Assembly: GCA_002245135.1 (NCBI GenBank)
Contig: NGBS01000592.1
Coordinates: 1-64,000 of the forward strand
Source: Proteromonas lacertae
Taxonomy: Eukaryota
Direction of reading: 5' to 3'
Length of the DNA: 64,000 nucleotides
Shown here: positions 38,454-51,575 of the stretch, piece after piece
Layout of the letters: every line of letters starts with the position of its first letter
How positions within the stretch are numbered: position 1 is the stretch's first letter
Program-made: the position numbers and the translations under genes
Notes under the pieces: generated by a model
What the model saw: only the letters and a program-made list of their open reading frames with translations
What the model was told of the DNA's origin: nothing
The model's database searches: none

Positions 38454-39757
38454 TTATGCAGTTCTAAATTTTTTATTAGATTTCTTTTTGCTAAATTGAA
38501 CAGTGATAAATCTTCCATTTATATCTATTCCATTCAACTCTTTCACTGCTTTTAACATACTTTCAGGATTTACATAATTAACATAAGCATAATCTGGACA
38601 TTCATTTCTTGATTTTTGACGAAATATTCTTACTGAATGAATTTCTCCAATCTTTTCAAATTCTTTTCTTAAATCATCTTCACAAACTGCTTCAGATAAA
38701 CAACCAACAAATATTGTGTTTAAATTATCATGATTATGATGATTTTTATCACTTTTTATATTTCCACAAGTTTTCATTCCATTACTTCTTATTCCATTGT
38801 TTATTATTTTACTAATACAAACTTGAATTGGTATATTTTCTATAAATGTTCCTTCAAGGAAATCTTTAGCTTCTTCTGTTGTTTTTCTATCATAAAATTC
38901 AACTTCTGCTGTTGTTGTTTCATCTTTAATATCATCACTTCTATCAATATATAAACTCTTTATATCTCCCACTGTTGATAAAATAGTCTTTAATTTTTCT
39001 TCTGTCAAAGATTTAGAAACATTATAGATGAATATTTTATTGGGATTATCATAATCATTTATTCTATATACAGACAAATTCAAATCCTTTGCATTATTCT
39101 TTTTACCATTAAATTTACAAATTGCATTATTTGCTGATTTTTCACAACCATATTCTATTATTGCATATTTTATTGGCATATCTTTCACAGTTATTGATAT
39201 TAAATTCCCTACAATTTCAAATATATCTTTAACCATACTTTCCATACCATCAATATTTTCAACTTTTATTCTATAATTGTTTTCATTTGATTCTTGCATA
39301 ATTGATTTGTTATAAATGTTATTGTTATTAGTATTCTTATGCATTTCATCTACATAAACGATTGGAGGAGGAGGAGGAGGATTTTCATCATCTTCAATTG
39401 AAGGAGGAGGAATACTTTGTATTGAAGGATTACTTGATTTTATACTTTCAATTGAAGATGGAAAAGGTGAAATAGTATTATATCTATAACTATTAATATA
39501 TACAAAGTATTATACATATTTGAATTTTCATTACAATCAACTATAGGAGATATTAACACTTGTTGTTGATTAATGGTATTTGATGGCTGATATGCCATAC
39601 CAACAGATTTATCACCATTATAATATCTATTTCCATTATTATACTGATATTGTGGATTATATATTCTCTCGTCTTGTTTTAGGTAATTGTATTTGGTATG
39701 ATTCTGTAATTCAACATTATTAATCTGTTTACTTAATGTAATATATCTGTTTTGCAT
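38454..39757 (-). CDS. Three-RRM RNA-binding protein (2 exons)
   Basis: RNP-like motifs KIFIYNV, TIFVGCL, YAIIEY and YAYVNY; a 32-nt intron near 39485-39516 joins the exons in frame. Confidence 0.85.
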
Positions 39758-40789
39758 GGCAATATCACATAGAATTATGCACAAAATTTAAATAAATCTA
39801 TATAAAAATATATTCAGTTATACAATTTCTTTATGTAAATATGAATTTACATAAACATTATTACATAAACACAACTTTGTACACCAAAAAAATCCATGTA
39901 AATATAAATATATATTCATATATATGCGTATTACTACTACTTTAGCATGAACAACTCAAAACCATTACTAATCTACTCTTAATCAACTTATATATACCAT
40001 CATTTGATTGTTTTATTCTTATTATACTTAATATTAATATTGATCATACCTAAATAAGTCTCATTCGGCATAGAATCATAAAAATGAAATTCATATAACA
40101 AGCTTTGCTTGATTTTCAATTTCTTATTTTCAAGATTACTATTAATGACAATGGAATATCAAGAGTATATATCAACCAATTATACTAAAATCAGATGTTT
40201 ATAAATATTAGAACATAACATATAAGCTTATATAATATAGAATAGAAATAAATTGATGTTATTAAAGAATTATGTAAAATAGATATAAAAATGAAATATA
40301 TACTAATGATTGAATATAGAATTGTTGAATCTCACTTTCAAAATTGATAAATGAACATTCTTCAACACAATCATGATTTTCAATCACTAACACTATTCCA
40401 TTCTAACTACAAAATACTTCACTTACATCAGTTCGAAATTCTACTCAACTACAACATTATGAGTTGAACGAGCATCACTCCTTTATTTATTATACTTCAT
40501 TATTTACCAGTACTTTATCTTAAACTACTTCTCTTAAACAAATTTCATCATACAATAATTCAAACATTATCAATTGTCTTCAACCTCAACCTACTAACTA
40601 ACACTAAAACTTAACATTCATCATTTATATCATCACAACATATGCAATATGCATTAATAAATCACAAATGAGTATTATTGTCTTTATCACACCTTCTGCA
40701 ATTGAATTAAATTACATTTTAAGTTTTGGGTTATTCAAAATTTTGATAAAAATCAAATTTCATTATTTTTGTTTTATATTTACATAAAG

Positions 40790-42916
40790 ATGATAAGAAA
40801 AGTGAATAGGGAAATAAGAGAAGAAGGGTATTATATATATTTATTTTTATGATAGATTATGTCGAAAATTGGTTGAAAGTGGTTTTGGTGATATAGAAGT
40901 GAAGATTAGAGATAGCCGAATAATGTCAATCAAGTCAATTTTAGTGAATGGAAATGAAACTGTAAAGAAACTGTTATTAGATCGTGAGTTTGTTGGAGTT
41001 TTAGAGTTATATGAAGAAATCGAAGAAATTGGCTATTATGAGATGGAGAAATACTACAGTGGTGGTGAATTGATAATCTGTAAAGAGAGTGTGTGTGAAG
41101 TGTTGATGTTTTGTTTATGTTATTGTGAAAAAGAGATAATAAATGATTGTTATGAATTTGTGAAGAATAATATAGATGATGAAGTATTAATGAAATTAAT
41201 TCATATATGTAATGTATTTGGTGGATGTTTGAGAGAGATAGAAGACTTGAAAAATATGGAAATAGAAAAGCGAGGATATAAATATTTATATAAAAATGAA
41301 TATTTGTTGAGATTAGAAATGAATAATTTGATAGAGATATTAAATATGAGAGATGTGATAATAGTGAATGAGTTATGGTTATTAAATCGTTTATTGGAAT
41401 GGTATAAATTCCAAAAGAATAACAATGATAATAAAGAGATTAAAGATGATTTTAAACAATTGATAGAAGAAGATATCGATTGTGAAAAGATAAAAGAGAA
41501 AGAGATAGAAAAAGAGAATAAAGAAATGTTGAAAGAAATGAACATAGAATTAAAGAAAAATGAATGTAAAAATCATATAGAAATATATTGTATAAAAGAT
41601 GAGAGAATTCAAAATGTAATAATCAACAAATACAATGAAGATAATAAAGAAGAAGACTTTAATGAAGAAGAAAGAAGAATATTGGATAAAATAAAAGAAG
41701 AAGAATTGAATGATCAAATACTGTGTATATTAGAAATGAATAATATAAAAATAACAGAAATAGTATTGATGATAATGAAATATAAAAATATGAAAATGGA
41801 AAGTATAAATACTAAAAATATATTTAAATAGAATATATCTCAAATACAGAAAAGAGAAATCTATTGGAAAGATTATGTATGGAATATAATGAGAATAAAA
41901 GAAATCGAACAATGAAATGCTTATGTTTGTTTGTTGATGATAAAAAGAGTGTTTCAATAATAGAAGAAGTATGTGGAAAAGAAATTCTTTTTAGAATATT
42001 GAATGAAGATAATTATCTAAATTCCAAATATAAAGAGATGTTAATTGAATATATAAAAGAGAATAAACTGAGTTTCAAAGAAGAAGAAGAAATGATTGTA
42101 ATAATAAAAGATAAAGAATTATTGAGTGAAATAAAAACAAAAGAAATCACATCATTTTCATATCCTCAATCAGATTATTCATTTATATTAGATGAAGAAA
42201 TCTCAATAATTCCTTCATTTGATGGAAATCGATGTAAATTTTCAATCAATCCTTTATTGCCAGATGGTTTAATGATAAATAAAGAAAATGGAATAATTCA
42301 TGGAAAAGTAGATAAAGAAATTGAAAAGAGAGAATATGAAATAAGTTGTAAGAATATTGTAAATGAAAAGAAAATCAAAATATCATTAGGATTTGTTGAT
42401 ATAACATTCACAGAATTAAACAAAAGCGAAGGAATAACAATATCAAATAATGGAAAAACAATAACAAAAGCAATTAGATATTATGGTTATAATCATTGTT
42501 ATATAAATTTGAAAATGGAAAATGGAGTTTATCATATCAAATATCAATTTCATCAAAATAGAAGTAGATATGACAGTATGATGTTAGGATTATCAACTGA
42601 TAATACATATTCTGGTGATGATATTGATGAACAATCAACATGTTATTATTTTTCATATTATGGTAAAAGTTATGATATTACTCCATATTGTCATATTGGA
42701 AGAGTTGTTAATAAAAATCCAAATTTCAATAATCATGGAGATGGTTCAATTTATGAAGTGATTGTTGATATGAATAAAAGAGAATTTTGGATTTCTCATA
42801 ATAATTCCTCTCCTGTTTTACTTGTTGAAGATTTACCTTCTCCGTTATATCCTTATGCTGCATTATACCAAGAAAACACTTTTATTGAATTGTTATCAGT
42901 TTCTCAGCAAAATTAA
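40790..42916 (+). CDS. BTB/BACK-like - putative Ig (He_PIG) - B30.2/SPRY-like protein (3 exons)
   Basis: LRLEMNNLIEIL..NELWLLNRLLEW (BACK-like), FSYPQ..FSINPLLPDGLMINKENGIIHG (He_PIG), ITISNNGKTI..VDMNKRE..LYPYAAL (SPRY). A 29-nt intron at 41803-41831 joins the two ORFs. Confidence 0.65.
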
Positions 42917-43058
42917 ATAATGTTTCTTTTCTTATTATTTTGTAAACAATTATTAATTTTTGTTATTAAACAAAATATCAAATTTAATAAAAAATGAAAT
43001 AAATTTCAAAATAAATAACATTATAAATCACAATCTATCTTTTAAAATTACGATCATA

Positions 43059-43770
43059 ATAAATCTTCCATTTATATCTATTCCATTCAACTCTTTCACT
43101 GCTTTTAACATACTTTCAGGATTTACATAATTAACATAAGCATAATCTGGACATTCATTTCTTGATTTTTGACGAAATATTCTTACTGAATGAATTTCTC
43201 CAATCTTTTCAAATTCTTTTCTTAAATTATCTTCACAAACTGCTTCAGATAAACAACCAACAAATATTGTGTTTAAATTATCATGATTATGATGATTTTT
43301 ATCACTTTTTATATTTCCACAAGTTTTTATTCCATTACTTCTTATTCCATTGTTTATTATTTTACTAATACAAACTTGAATTGGTATATTTTCTATAAAT
43401 GTTCCTTCAAGGAAATCTTTAGCTTCTTCTGTTGTTTTTCTATCATAAAATCCAACTTCTGCTGTTGTTGTTTCATCTTTAATATCATCATTTCTATCAA
43501 TATATGAGAATTACTTGATTTTATACTTTCAATTGAAGATGGAAAAGGTGAAATAGTATTATATCTATAACTATTAATATATACAAAGTATTATACATAT
43601 TTGAATTTTCATTACAATCAACTATAGGAGGAGATATTTATACTTGTTGTTGATTAATGGTATTTGATGGCTGATATGCCATACCAACAGATTTATCACC
43701 ATTATAATATCTATTTTGTGGAAAATTTATTCTCTCATGTTGTTTTAGGTAATATATCTATTCTGCATAT
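43059..43770 (-). pseudogene. Truncated, internally deleted DNA duplicate of the RRM gene
   Basis: 43059-43505 is near-identical to 38506-38952 (offset 4553). 43510 onward matches 39429 onward, including the intron. The 3' end of the CDS is missing. Confidence 0.92.
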
Positions 43771-44070
43771 TAATTATTTTTATGTTAACGAATATTTAGT
43801 ATTAAATTAGATAAAAAGTAATATTCTAATTGCTTTATTTTATTTTTCATTTAATAGTGATACAAATTACAACTAAATGAATCTCATATATGCTATATAG
43901 CGTGAAAAAAATGAAAATTTAAATTCAAGTTTCGGCTTGAATGTGATTTTTATTTCGTTTGTTTTTAGGCTTGAATCTAGCGATATCAATGATATGTATA
44001 AAGCTAATTCACTAACATAGAAGTATTTTCACTAATAATTTATAAATTAAATTTAAATTAATTCCAATTC

Positions 44071-45260
44071 CTATACACCTATAACATCTGGATTTTTACT
44101 GTTATTATTCTTATCATAATCATCATATTTATCAACACTTACATATTCAAATCTCAAATTAATTGCTTTCATCTTCTCCATAAAACCTTCTTCACTTGAT
44201 GCTTTATATAAATATATGGAGATACAAACAATAAATAATGAACATATAAATGGAAGAGTAAAATAATAATAAGTTAAGAAAATAAAATATTTCTTTTATA
44301 TATATAAAGGATATTTCATATCAAAAGTAAACAAATAATATGATATAAATGATGTTAAAAATAATGAACAACAAGTAGCAAATGTCTTTACAATTGAACT
44401 TAAATGTTTTAATATTCCACCAGTAATTAATCCTAAATATGGATATAACAATATCAACGAATAACTATAAACATTGAAATTTTTAAACTTCAAATATTCT
44501 AACGATTCTTTTTTATTTTGAATACATACACTTATTAAATTAATTATAAATCCAAATGTGTATAAATAACTACTTTGTTGCCAGAATGACATGTCTATAT
44601 TCCTTTTCATTAGTTTTTCTATTATCACACCTCCTACACCAGCTACTCCTGCATTAAAAATAGCTAAAATTGCTCCAAATAGAGGGTAATCACTGAAATG
44701 ACTGCAATTTTCACATGAGGAAATTTCACAATTTGCTACTCCAATACATAAGAGAAATAATGCACACCACTGTATAGTATTTAGTCTAATAAATGTATTA
44801 ATTATAAAAACATATATATATATATATATATATACTTTTTATGTAATATAATCATTGATGCTATTCCAACATGAATAATCTCTGTTGAACCAAAGATTAA
44901 AGCTGATACTGGTGAATTGAGTTTTTTCATTACTAAAAATTGTATGTTATTACCAAATGCGTATATAAGTGCTGGAACACACCACAAAAAATAATCACAC
45001 CATGATACTTTTACTCTTGTATTCTTAAGGGATATAAGCGAAGTGATTAGAAATTTTATAAACTATGACAATTTTATATAATTTTGTAATACTTCTGAAT
45101 ATGCAATAACCGTAATAGTCGAATATTCATAATTGCCTTTAGAATTCTTCGATAGCTATTAAATAGTCAAAAGATAAGGTTATACTTGTTGTAAAATACC
45201 TACTAAAGAATGTGCTACTATCGAAGATGTCACTAAAAAACATTTGAAACATAAATTCAT
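44071..45260 (-). CDS. Nucleotide-sugar transporter (SLC35A-like), multi-exon
   Basis: VPALIYAFGNNIQF, LHKK|LNTIQWCAL, GVIIEKLMK and GGILKHLSSIVKTF. Confidence 0.88.
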
Positions 45261-45335
45261 TTTCACAAAACGAATATATTTTTTGATAAAAAAAAACTTT
45301 CAAAATATAATAAAAATCATCATAATATCAATTAA

Positions 45336-45979
45336 TTAATGTGCTGCAGAACTAAACACATTATAAGCTTTTTCAACTTTGTTTGACCAGTTATCAAGTC
45401 TTTTAATCAAATTATCAATGTCTTTAATCTCAACATCTCTTGCCACAAAGTCTTCAATGGTAATAGTTTTATCTTTACCACTAATTGTTCCTTTTACATA
45501 ATTGTCTCCTATAGCATCAGTCAATAAAGATTCTGCTTCATCTTCAGAACAACTTAATTCGTTCATTACATCTTGAAATTTTATTTTCTATAATTATATT
45601 AATTGTTTTAGATATATATACTCGTGATTTAGAAGCTAGTGTTGCAATTGAGAGTAATTTCATCTTATATATTCCTTCAGCTTTTACAATTCCCTGATTC
45701 TTCAATAATTCATCTATGCACATCACACTATGTTGATAATATACCTTTACATTCACTTAATGTATGATAAGCAAAATGTTTCAGCATAGTTTTGTGTGGG
45801 CCTGTTTCAGATACCTATAGTGTAATTTATAGGACAGTCCATACTGCTTTTAGAGCAGGTGAGTAAATCAATTCATTGAAAGAGTATAAACCTGGCTCAT
45901 TTATAGCCTTAATAATTCCATCTTCTGGTTTTATAGTTTTTCTGTCTATTTCGTCGATTATATCAGATATTTCAACCAT
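45336..45979 (-). CDS. PCI-domain protein of the CSN7/eIF3m family
   Basis: AINEPGLYSFNELI, KMKLLSIATLAS and AESLLTDAI..VKGTI..FVARDV..LDNW. Confidence 0.75.
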
Positions 45980-46101
45980 TCAATTCTACAGCGAAACCAC
46001 TATATTTTTAATAATTGTTTAACTCAACATATAAGTAAAATAATAAAACATTTATATCAAAAAAATGAATATTTATATAGTAACTGATCATCTTCTTTCT
46101 T

Positions 46102-47013
46102 TTACCACTCTTCTACTATCTTTATAGTATCAATCACTTGTGGTATATTCTTCTCTTTAGCTATTTCAAATGCAGTTTTACCATCTCTATTATGAAAATT
46201 CATCAACTTACCTTTATTATCACAACTTTCTAACAAACTATCGATTGCTCCACAGTTACTATGATAAGCAGCCCAATGTAATGCTGTCCAACCATCACTA
46301 TCTTGAATATACACATTGCATTTCTTATATCTTATTAATTTCTCAATATACTCACAAGGACAACTTGGACTTCCTGCAAATACCATTAGAGCTGTCCAAC
46401 CTTTACACTCTTTATCTTCACACTGAATATCATTCTGCTGACAAGACATTACGAGATTGAATAATCCTTGATAATCTCCAGTCTGTTTACAATCCCATAC
46501 TTCTGGAATCATCTGTTGGATTTTCTTAACTTGTTCTTCTGGTGTTAATGATTGTACTGGTCTTGTTTCACTCTCTTTATAAGGATGATCTAATTCCTTG
46601 TGTAATATATACTTTTTGAAGAGAGGATTACTATATAAATCTAAAGGAAAACTGACAATTTGGATGAATAAGGGGATTACATAACCCATAAAACTCATTA
46701 CTGTATTCATTAAAGCGCCTGATGGTATTCCTTGTAGTTGTGTGTCACACATTTTTATTTCATAATCAACATAAGTAGTTTCTACATCTTGGAAAGAAGT
46801 AAAACCTGTTCGTTCTTTCACCCAAATCTTTTTTGTGTTGTTCTCTTGGATTACTTTGTCTCTCAACATGTTAGTTACATAATAATTTAAGGCACAAACA
46901 AGCCAATACAAAATTCGAACACCCATCATCACTGCAGGTATATTAGTTGGTATCATTCTTGCTAATGGCATAACAAGCATGAAAAGTGCCATACGACTTA
47001 AGTTCATACCCAT
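46102..47013 (-). CDS. Pho88/SND3-like membrane protein fused to C-terminal ankyrin repeats
   Basis: VRILY..KVIQENN..ETTYVDYE..PLFIQ..LYSNPLFKKYIL..HPY (Pho88-like); GWTALMVFA, DGWTALHWAA and DGKTAFEIA (ankyrin). Confidence 0.75.
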   Translation of the reverse strand: MGMNLSRMALFMLVMPLARMIPTNIPAVMMGVRILYWLVCALNYYVTNMLRDKVIQENNTKKIWVKERTGFTSFQDVETTYVDYEIKMCDTQLQGIPSGALMNTVMSFMGYVIPLFIQIVSFPLDLYSNPLFKKYILHKELDHPYKESETRPVQSLTPEEQVKKIQQMIPEVWDCKQTGDYQGLFNLVMSCQQNDIQCEDKECKGWTALMVFAGSPSCPCEYIEKLIRYKKCNVYIQDSDGWTALHWAAYHSNCGAIDSLLESCDNKGKLMNFHNRDGKTAFEIAKEKNIPQVIDTIKIVEEW

Positions 47014-47143
47014 ATTCACTATTTAAAAGCAAAAGAAAGAAATGATGGTTTGAATAAGGCTTGATAGTTTGATAACTCAAACTTATTTTTTAATTTTTCA
47101 TAAAAACAAATAGCAATACAATATATATATCCACTTTAATTAA

Positions 47144-49376
47144 TTATTCTTTCACTTCATCTTCTATCACTTCAAATCTACTACTATCTTCTTTCTTTAA
47201 ACCATTATCTTCTTCATCAACTACATTCTCTTCTATTACTTCTACTCTTGGTTCATCAACTTTTGGAATTTCATCTTCAATTTTCATAACTTTCTTCTTC
47301 TTTTCTTTATCATTCACCTTCTTCAAATCACCTTTCTCATCTCTTATTTTCACTTCTTCTAATTTATGACTTATAGCATCTTCTAATCCTTTCTTCTTCA
47401 ATTCTTCTACTTCTATTTCGATTTGTCGTCCTTCTGCATCATACACTATTATATCATGAATATCTGGAGGATTTACATTACAGTTCAACATTCCTGTTAC
47501 TATCACTGTTTGGGTTGAATTTAATGTTAATTCTTGTTGAATTGGAATATCTAATAATGGATTGAAATATGTATAATCACTTGGAACTACAAATACAGAT
47601 GGATCTATCTCTTGTTTTTCTATTCAAATTATATATAACATTATACTTGCATAAGTAAAACAATATTCCAATGAAAATGTAAAGAATAATGGAATCTTTG
47701 CTTTGACTGGAAATCCATTTGGTAATTTTGTATTAAAGAAAGAGCTGATTTGACCGTATTGTTCACCACCTGCTTCTAATACTGATAATATTGGAATTAC
47801 TTGTTGAACTGTATATGGGAAGTCTTCGCATATTGATACTTTGGCTTTAAATGTTTTACACATCTTTTCTACACATCGGATTGGTTTGTAAGCCAACACT
47901 CTCGACATACATCCACATCCAATTGATAAAAGTGTTTCTAAACTTAAATTTTCTGGAGAGTTTGATATAGCATATTCAATTCTATTAAATAATATTATAT
48001 AATAGAATTGAATATATACTCTACTGTTGTTACTGTTCTAGGTTCAAATTGTAATTGAAGAATTCCAGAATCTGGAGATATTACTCCATATTCACACATA
48101 TTTGTTATAGTTTGACTATTTATTTCAATGGCTATTAATATATATTAGAATAATAAATACTTTTTGGATTTTCATTTTCACATTCATTGATTGGTATTAA
48201 TGAAGCAGTACATTTCACTTCATCAGAACATCTAATATTTGCATCTAATCTTCCACCTTTTATTATTGTAAATAAAAATACATCTTTCTTATTAAATACT
48301 ATTTTCGCTTTCTTCTTCACAAATGGATTAGTTGATGGTTCTGTGTTATTTTGAATCATTAGATTTGAATTGGATGATGGATTTTGATATTGTTGTTGTT
48401 GTTGTTGATATTGTTGATATTGTTGTTGCTGTTGTTGTAGAAATAATATCAATTTCATGTTATCAATCTCATAACACTTAGAATTCCACATTTTTGATAC
48501 TTTTTCAGTTTTTTGTCCTCCAAAGAATTTCTTTTCTGGTTTGATTGTCACATGCTTTGTATCTAAATTACCACCAAAAGCAGGACGATTGACTAATTCA
48601 TGTACCATTTCATCAGTTATTTGTCTTTCAGAGTGAAGATCTGTCAATTCAAATAAATTGAAATATCTTTTTGTGTCTGGATCAAGTTTATATATTTCTG
48701 ATCTAAAAATAATAGAATAAAAAAACAAAATAAAATATACATTTCATCATTTCCAATAAAAATAATTGAAAAACTATTCTGTCCAAATATCTCAACTATT
48801 TAAATATATATATAATTATATCTATATACAATCTAATCTTATCATATTTGCTTGTTTTCTGACAGTAATTTTACTTGATGGAATTAATGAACTAACTAAT
48901 GGAACCCACGTTGTTATGTCAACATCTATCTCTAAGAAACCATTTGGAATTCCTTGTATTGCTTTACCTAATTGTTTGAACTTTTCTCTATTACATAGTA
49001 TATTATTTTTATTGATACTTTTGATCAATTGTTTTTTGTGAGATGATATTTTCAACTAACATCTTCAAACACTCATTATCCTTAATTAAAGGAAGAAAAT
49101 ATTCACTTGACCAACCTAGAGAATCTTTTGCTAAAGGATTTGCTCCTTTTGACAGTAAGAACTTCTAAATAAATCAAACTAAAATTAAGATACAATTGCC
49201 TCTGTTTGCTGAGCTTTAATAGCTACTAATAATGGAGTATTTCCTCCACAATCTTTTGTTTCTAAATCTTCTATCTTAAAAAGTTCCTCCAATTTCTTTA
49301 CATCTCCACAATATGCTGCCTCATGAAATGGATATTTTGTTTTACCTCCAGCTCCACAATAACAGTAATATCCCAT
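47144..49376 (-). CDS. ANKRD13-like protein (ankyrin repeats plus GPCR-chaperone domain)
   Basis: YPFHEAA..GNTPLLVA, TTWVPLVSSLIPS..IRLD and KLPNGFPVKAKIPLF. Confidence 0.8.
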
Positions 49377-49478
49377 TTTTTAGCTTGAGATTAAGTTTGA
49401 GGATAGACGTTTTTATTTTTTTATAAATCATTTTTTTTCACCTTTTAGTTGTGTATATTTTTAAAGAATAAATAATAA

Positions 49479-49905
49479 ATGGAATTTGAAGGCGCTGAGG
49501 TATTAATAATTCAAAATATTATATTTAGAACCTATTCATAAACGAAGAAGTAGAAAGTGTTGTTAAAAATGTATATAATTTAATTGATTATTGTATTTTT
49601 AGTGTATTCAAACTTCCCTCAAAGGATGTATCTACTCAAGTTCAAAAATCACATTATGGTCAGAAGCAGTAATATCAGGAGTACTAAAGGGATTGCTTAA
49701 TTTAAATAAACCATTCAAATATGGAGTAATATGCACAATTCAGCAACGAACAGGAGCTGGATTAACAACAGCAGCAGCTTGTTATTGGGATATATCAAAA
49801 GATGGTATGTGTAAAGTACCATGGGAAAATGAAACAATTTTATGTATTGTGACTGTTTATGGTGTTGCAATTAAGCCAACTGGTCCTGAAGTTCCTGATT
49901 CATAG
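49479..49905 (+). CDS. DYNLT1: Dynein light chain Tctex-1 family
   Basis: LNKPFKYGVICTIQQRTGAGLTTAAACYWDISKDG..WENETILCIVTVYGVAI; two short introns upstream. Confidence 0.9.
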
Positions 49906-50044
49906 ATATTAACTTGTCTTTATTTTTTAAATTATTCATATTATTATTATACATATGTTTTTTTGTTTTTAATATTAAAAATCCCCCAAAACAATAAATA
50001 CTAATAATGTCCACAAATCCCATAGTAATTTATTCATTCAGTAC

Positions 50045-50655
50045 TTACAATTTTAATTGATGAGGATATTGACCTACTGATAAACCGAAACGAGCACGTA
50101 AGTATTGCTATTTGAAAATTAATAACTAATTTATGATTTATACTTTTAATAATGGAGTTTTTTCTACCTTAGCAAGTACAACTTTGTCAACTTCAGTTTG
50201 AGCTGCTTTTCTTTCATCAGCAATTGTTGGTTTCTATAAATATTAAAAAAATAATAATTGATTAACAATACAGCTGGAGTTTGAGCGAAGAATGCATCTT
50301 TATTTTTTCTAGCAGCAGTTACAGCTTTTGTGAAGAATTCGTCATCATATTTATCGAGGTTCAATCCACTAATATCTACTTTTGTTGATGTAGCCATTAC
50401 GTAAGCTTGATTTACTCTTCTGAGTGGAACACCGTTTACTTTATATGGTCCAGTGATTAATAAAAGACCACTCTTTAATTGTTTTAAGAAAACAACTCTC
50501 TTTCCCTTAAATCTACCTGATACAAGAATTACAACTGTTCCTGGTGTGATGCTTGATCGGAGTTTTGCTGGCTTTGGTTTAAAGAATCTCTTCTTTGGCT
50601 TACTTTCGTCGTAAGCTGGATAGTATTTGCTAGGAGCTGCAGCAGTAGCGGACAT
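50045..50655 (-). CDS. RPL6: 60S ribosomal protein L6 (eL6)
   Basis: [48 protein letters not shown]; spliced end [28 protein letters not shown]. Confidence 0.98.
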
Positions 50656-50841
50656 TATTCTATGATCACTATAATAATAATATGATATTAAAATATATTA
50701 TAAGTAAGAATAAGCATAAAATGAGCGATTTAATCATAAGTCATGTGAACAATGAATAAAAAAATACATCAGGATATGCTCTGACACATTTTTTAAATAT
50801 AAAAGAGTTGTATAGAGTTAGAAAAGTAATAAATTACTTAC

Positions 50842-50990
50842 CTAGTGGATTAAAGAAATTTATAAAAAGAGCTATTCAAATTAAATAGCATTTGGTAGGG
50901 GGTAATGCTACTATTTCTCGCTCCGAAAAAATTCTTGATAATTATGACATTATTTTAACTGTACGGTTTTCATTGTAAGCAAACATCAAA
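50842..50990. promoter_or_regulatory. Shared bidirectional promoter region of RPL6 and RPL36A
   Basis: Head-to-head ribosomal protein genes with a locally GC-richer core (GGTAGGGGGTAATGC...CTCGCTCCG). Confidence 0.55.
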
Positions 50991-51474
50991 ATGGTATAAA
51001 TTCTGAGCTTATAATATATAATTTATAATATAAAAATATCTATGATACTTTTACCACCTATTCCCATTATATTTTGGATTTATTATATTTATATTAATAA
51101 TTAGGTTAACATTCCAAAAGAAAGAAGAACATTCTGTAATGCTAAATGTAAAAAACATACCATGCATAAGGTAACACAATACAAAGCTGGTAAAGCTAAA
51201 TTAACACCACAAGGTATTAATGTCTTGATTATTAAATAGGTAAGAGACGTTACGATGCTAAACAAAAGGGTTTTGGTGGTCAAACAAAACCTATTTTCCA
51301 CAAGAAGGTATTTTTTGAAGAAATAATGTAATTTTTATTTATAAATAGGCAAAGACAACCAAGAAGATTGTTCTTCGTTTAGAATGTAAAATCTGCAAGC
51401 ATCGTATGCAGTTAGCACTTAAACGTTGTAAACATTTTGAATTAGGAGCTAAGAAGGCTGAAGCTAAATATTAG
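50991..51474 (+). CDS. RPL36A: 60S ribosomal protein L36a/L44 (eL42)
   Basis: ATG|intron 50994-51104|[66 protein letters not shown]. Confidence 0.98.
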
Positions 51475-51575
51475 GCGTTTTAATAAAGAAGATGTTTGCT
51501 ATTTTATGATTGTGTTTTATTGAGTATTTGATTTTCAAAACAACAATAATTAAAATCAATTTAGGAAATAATTCT

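Noticed and set aside
39790..40780. Strand-biased 1 kb noncoding stretch as an ncRNA or gene relic
   Set aside because: No convincing ORF, tRNA fold or snoRNA boxes could be supported by eye.
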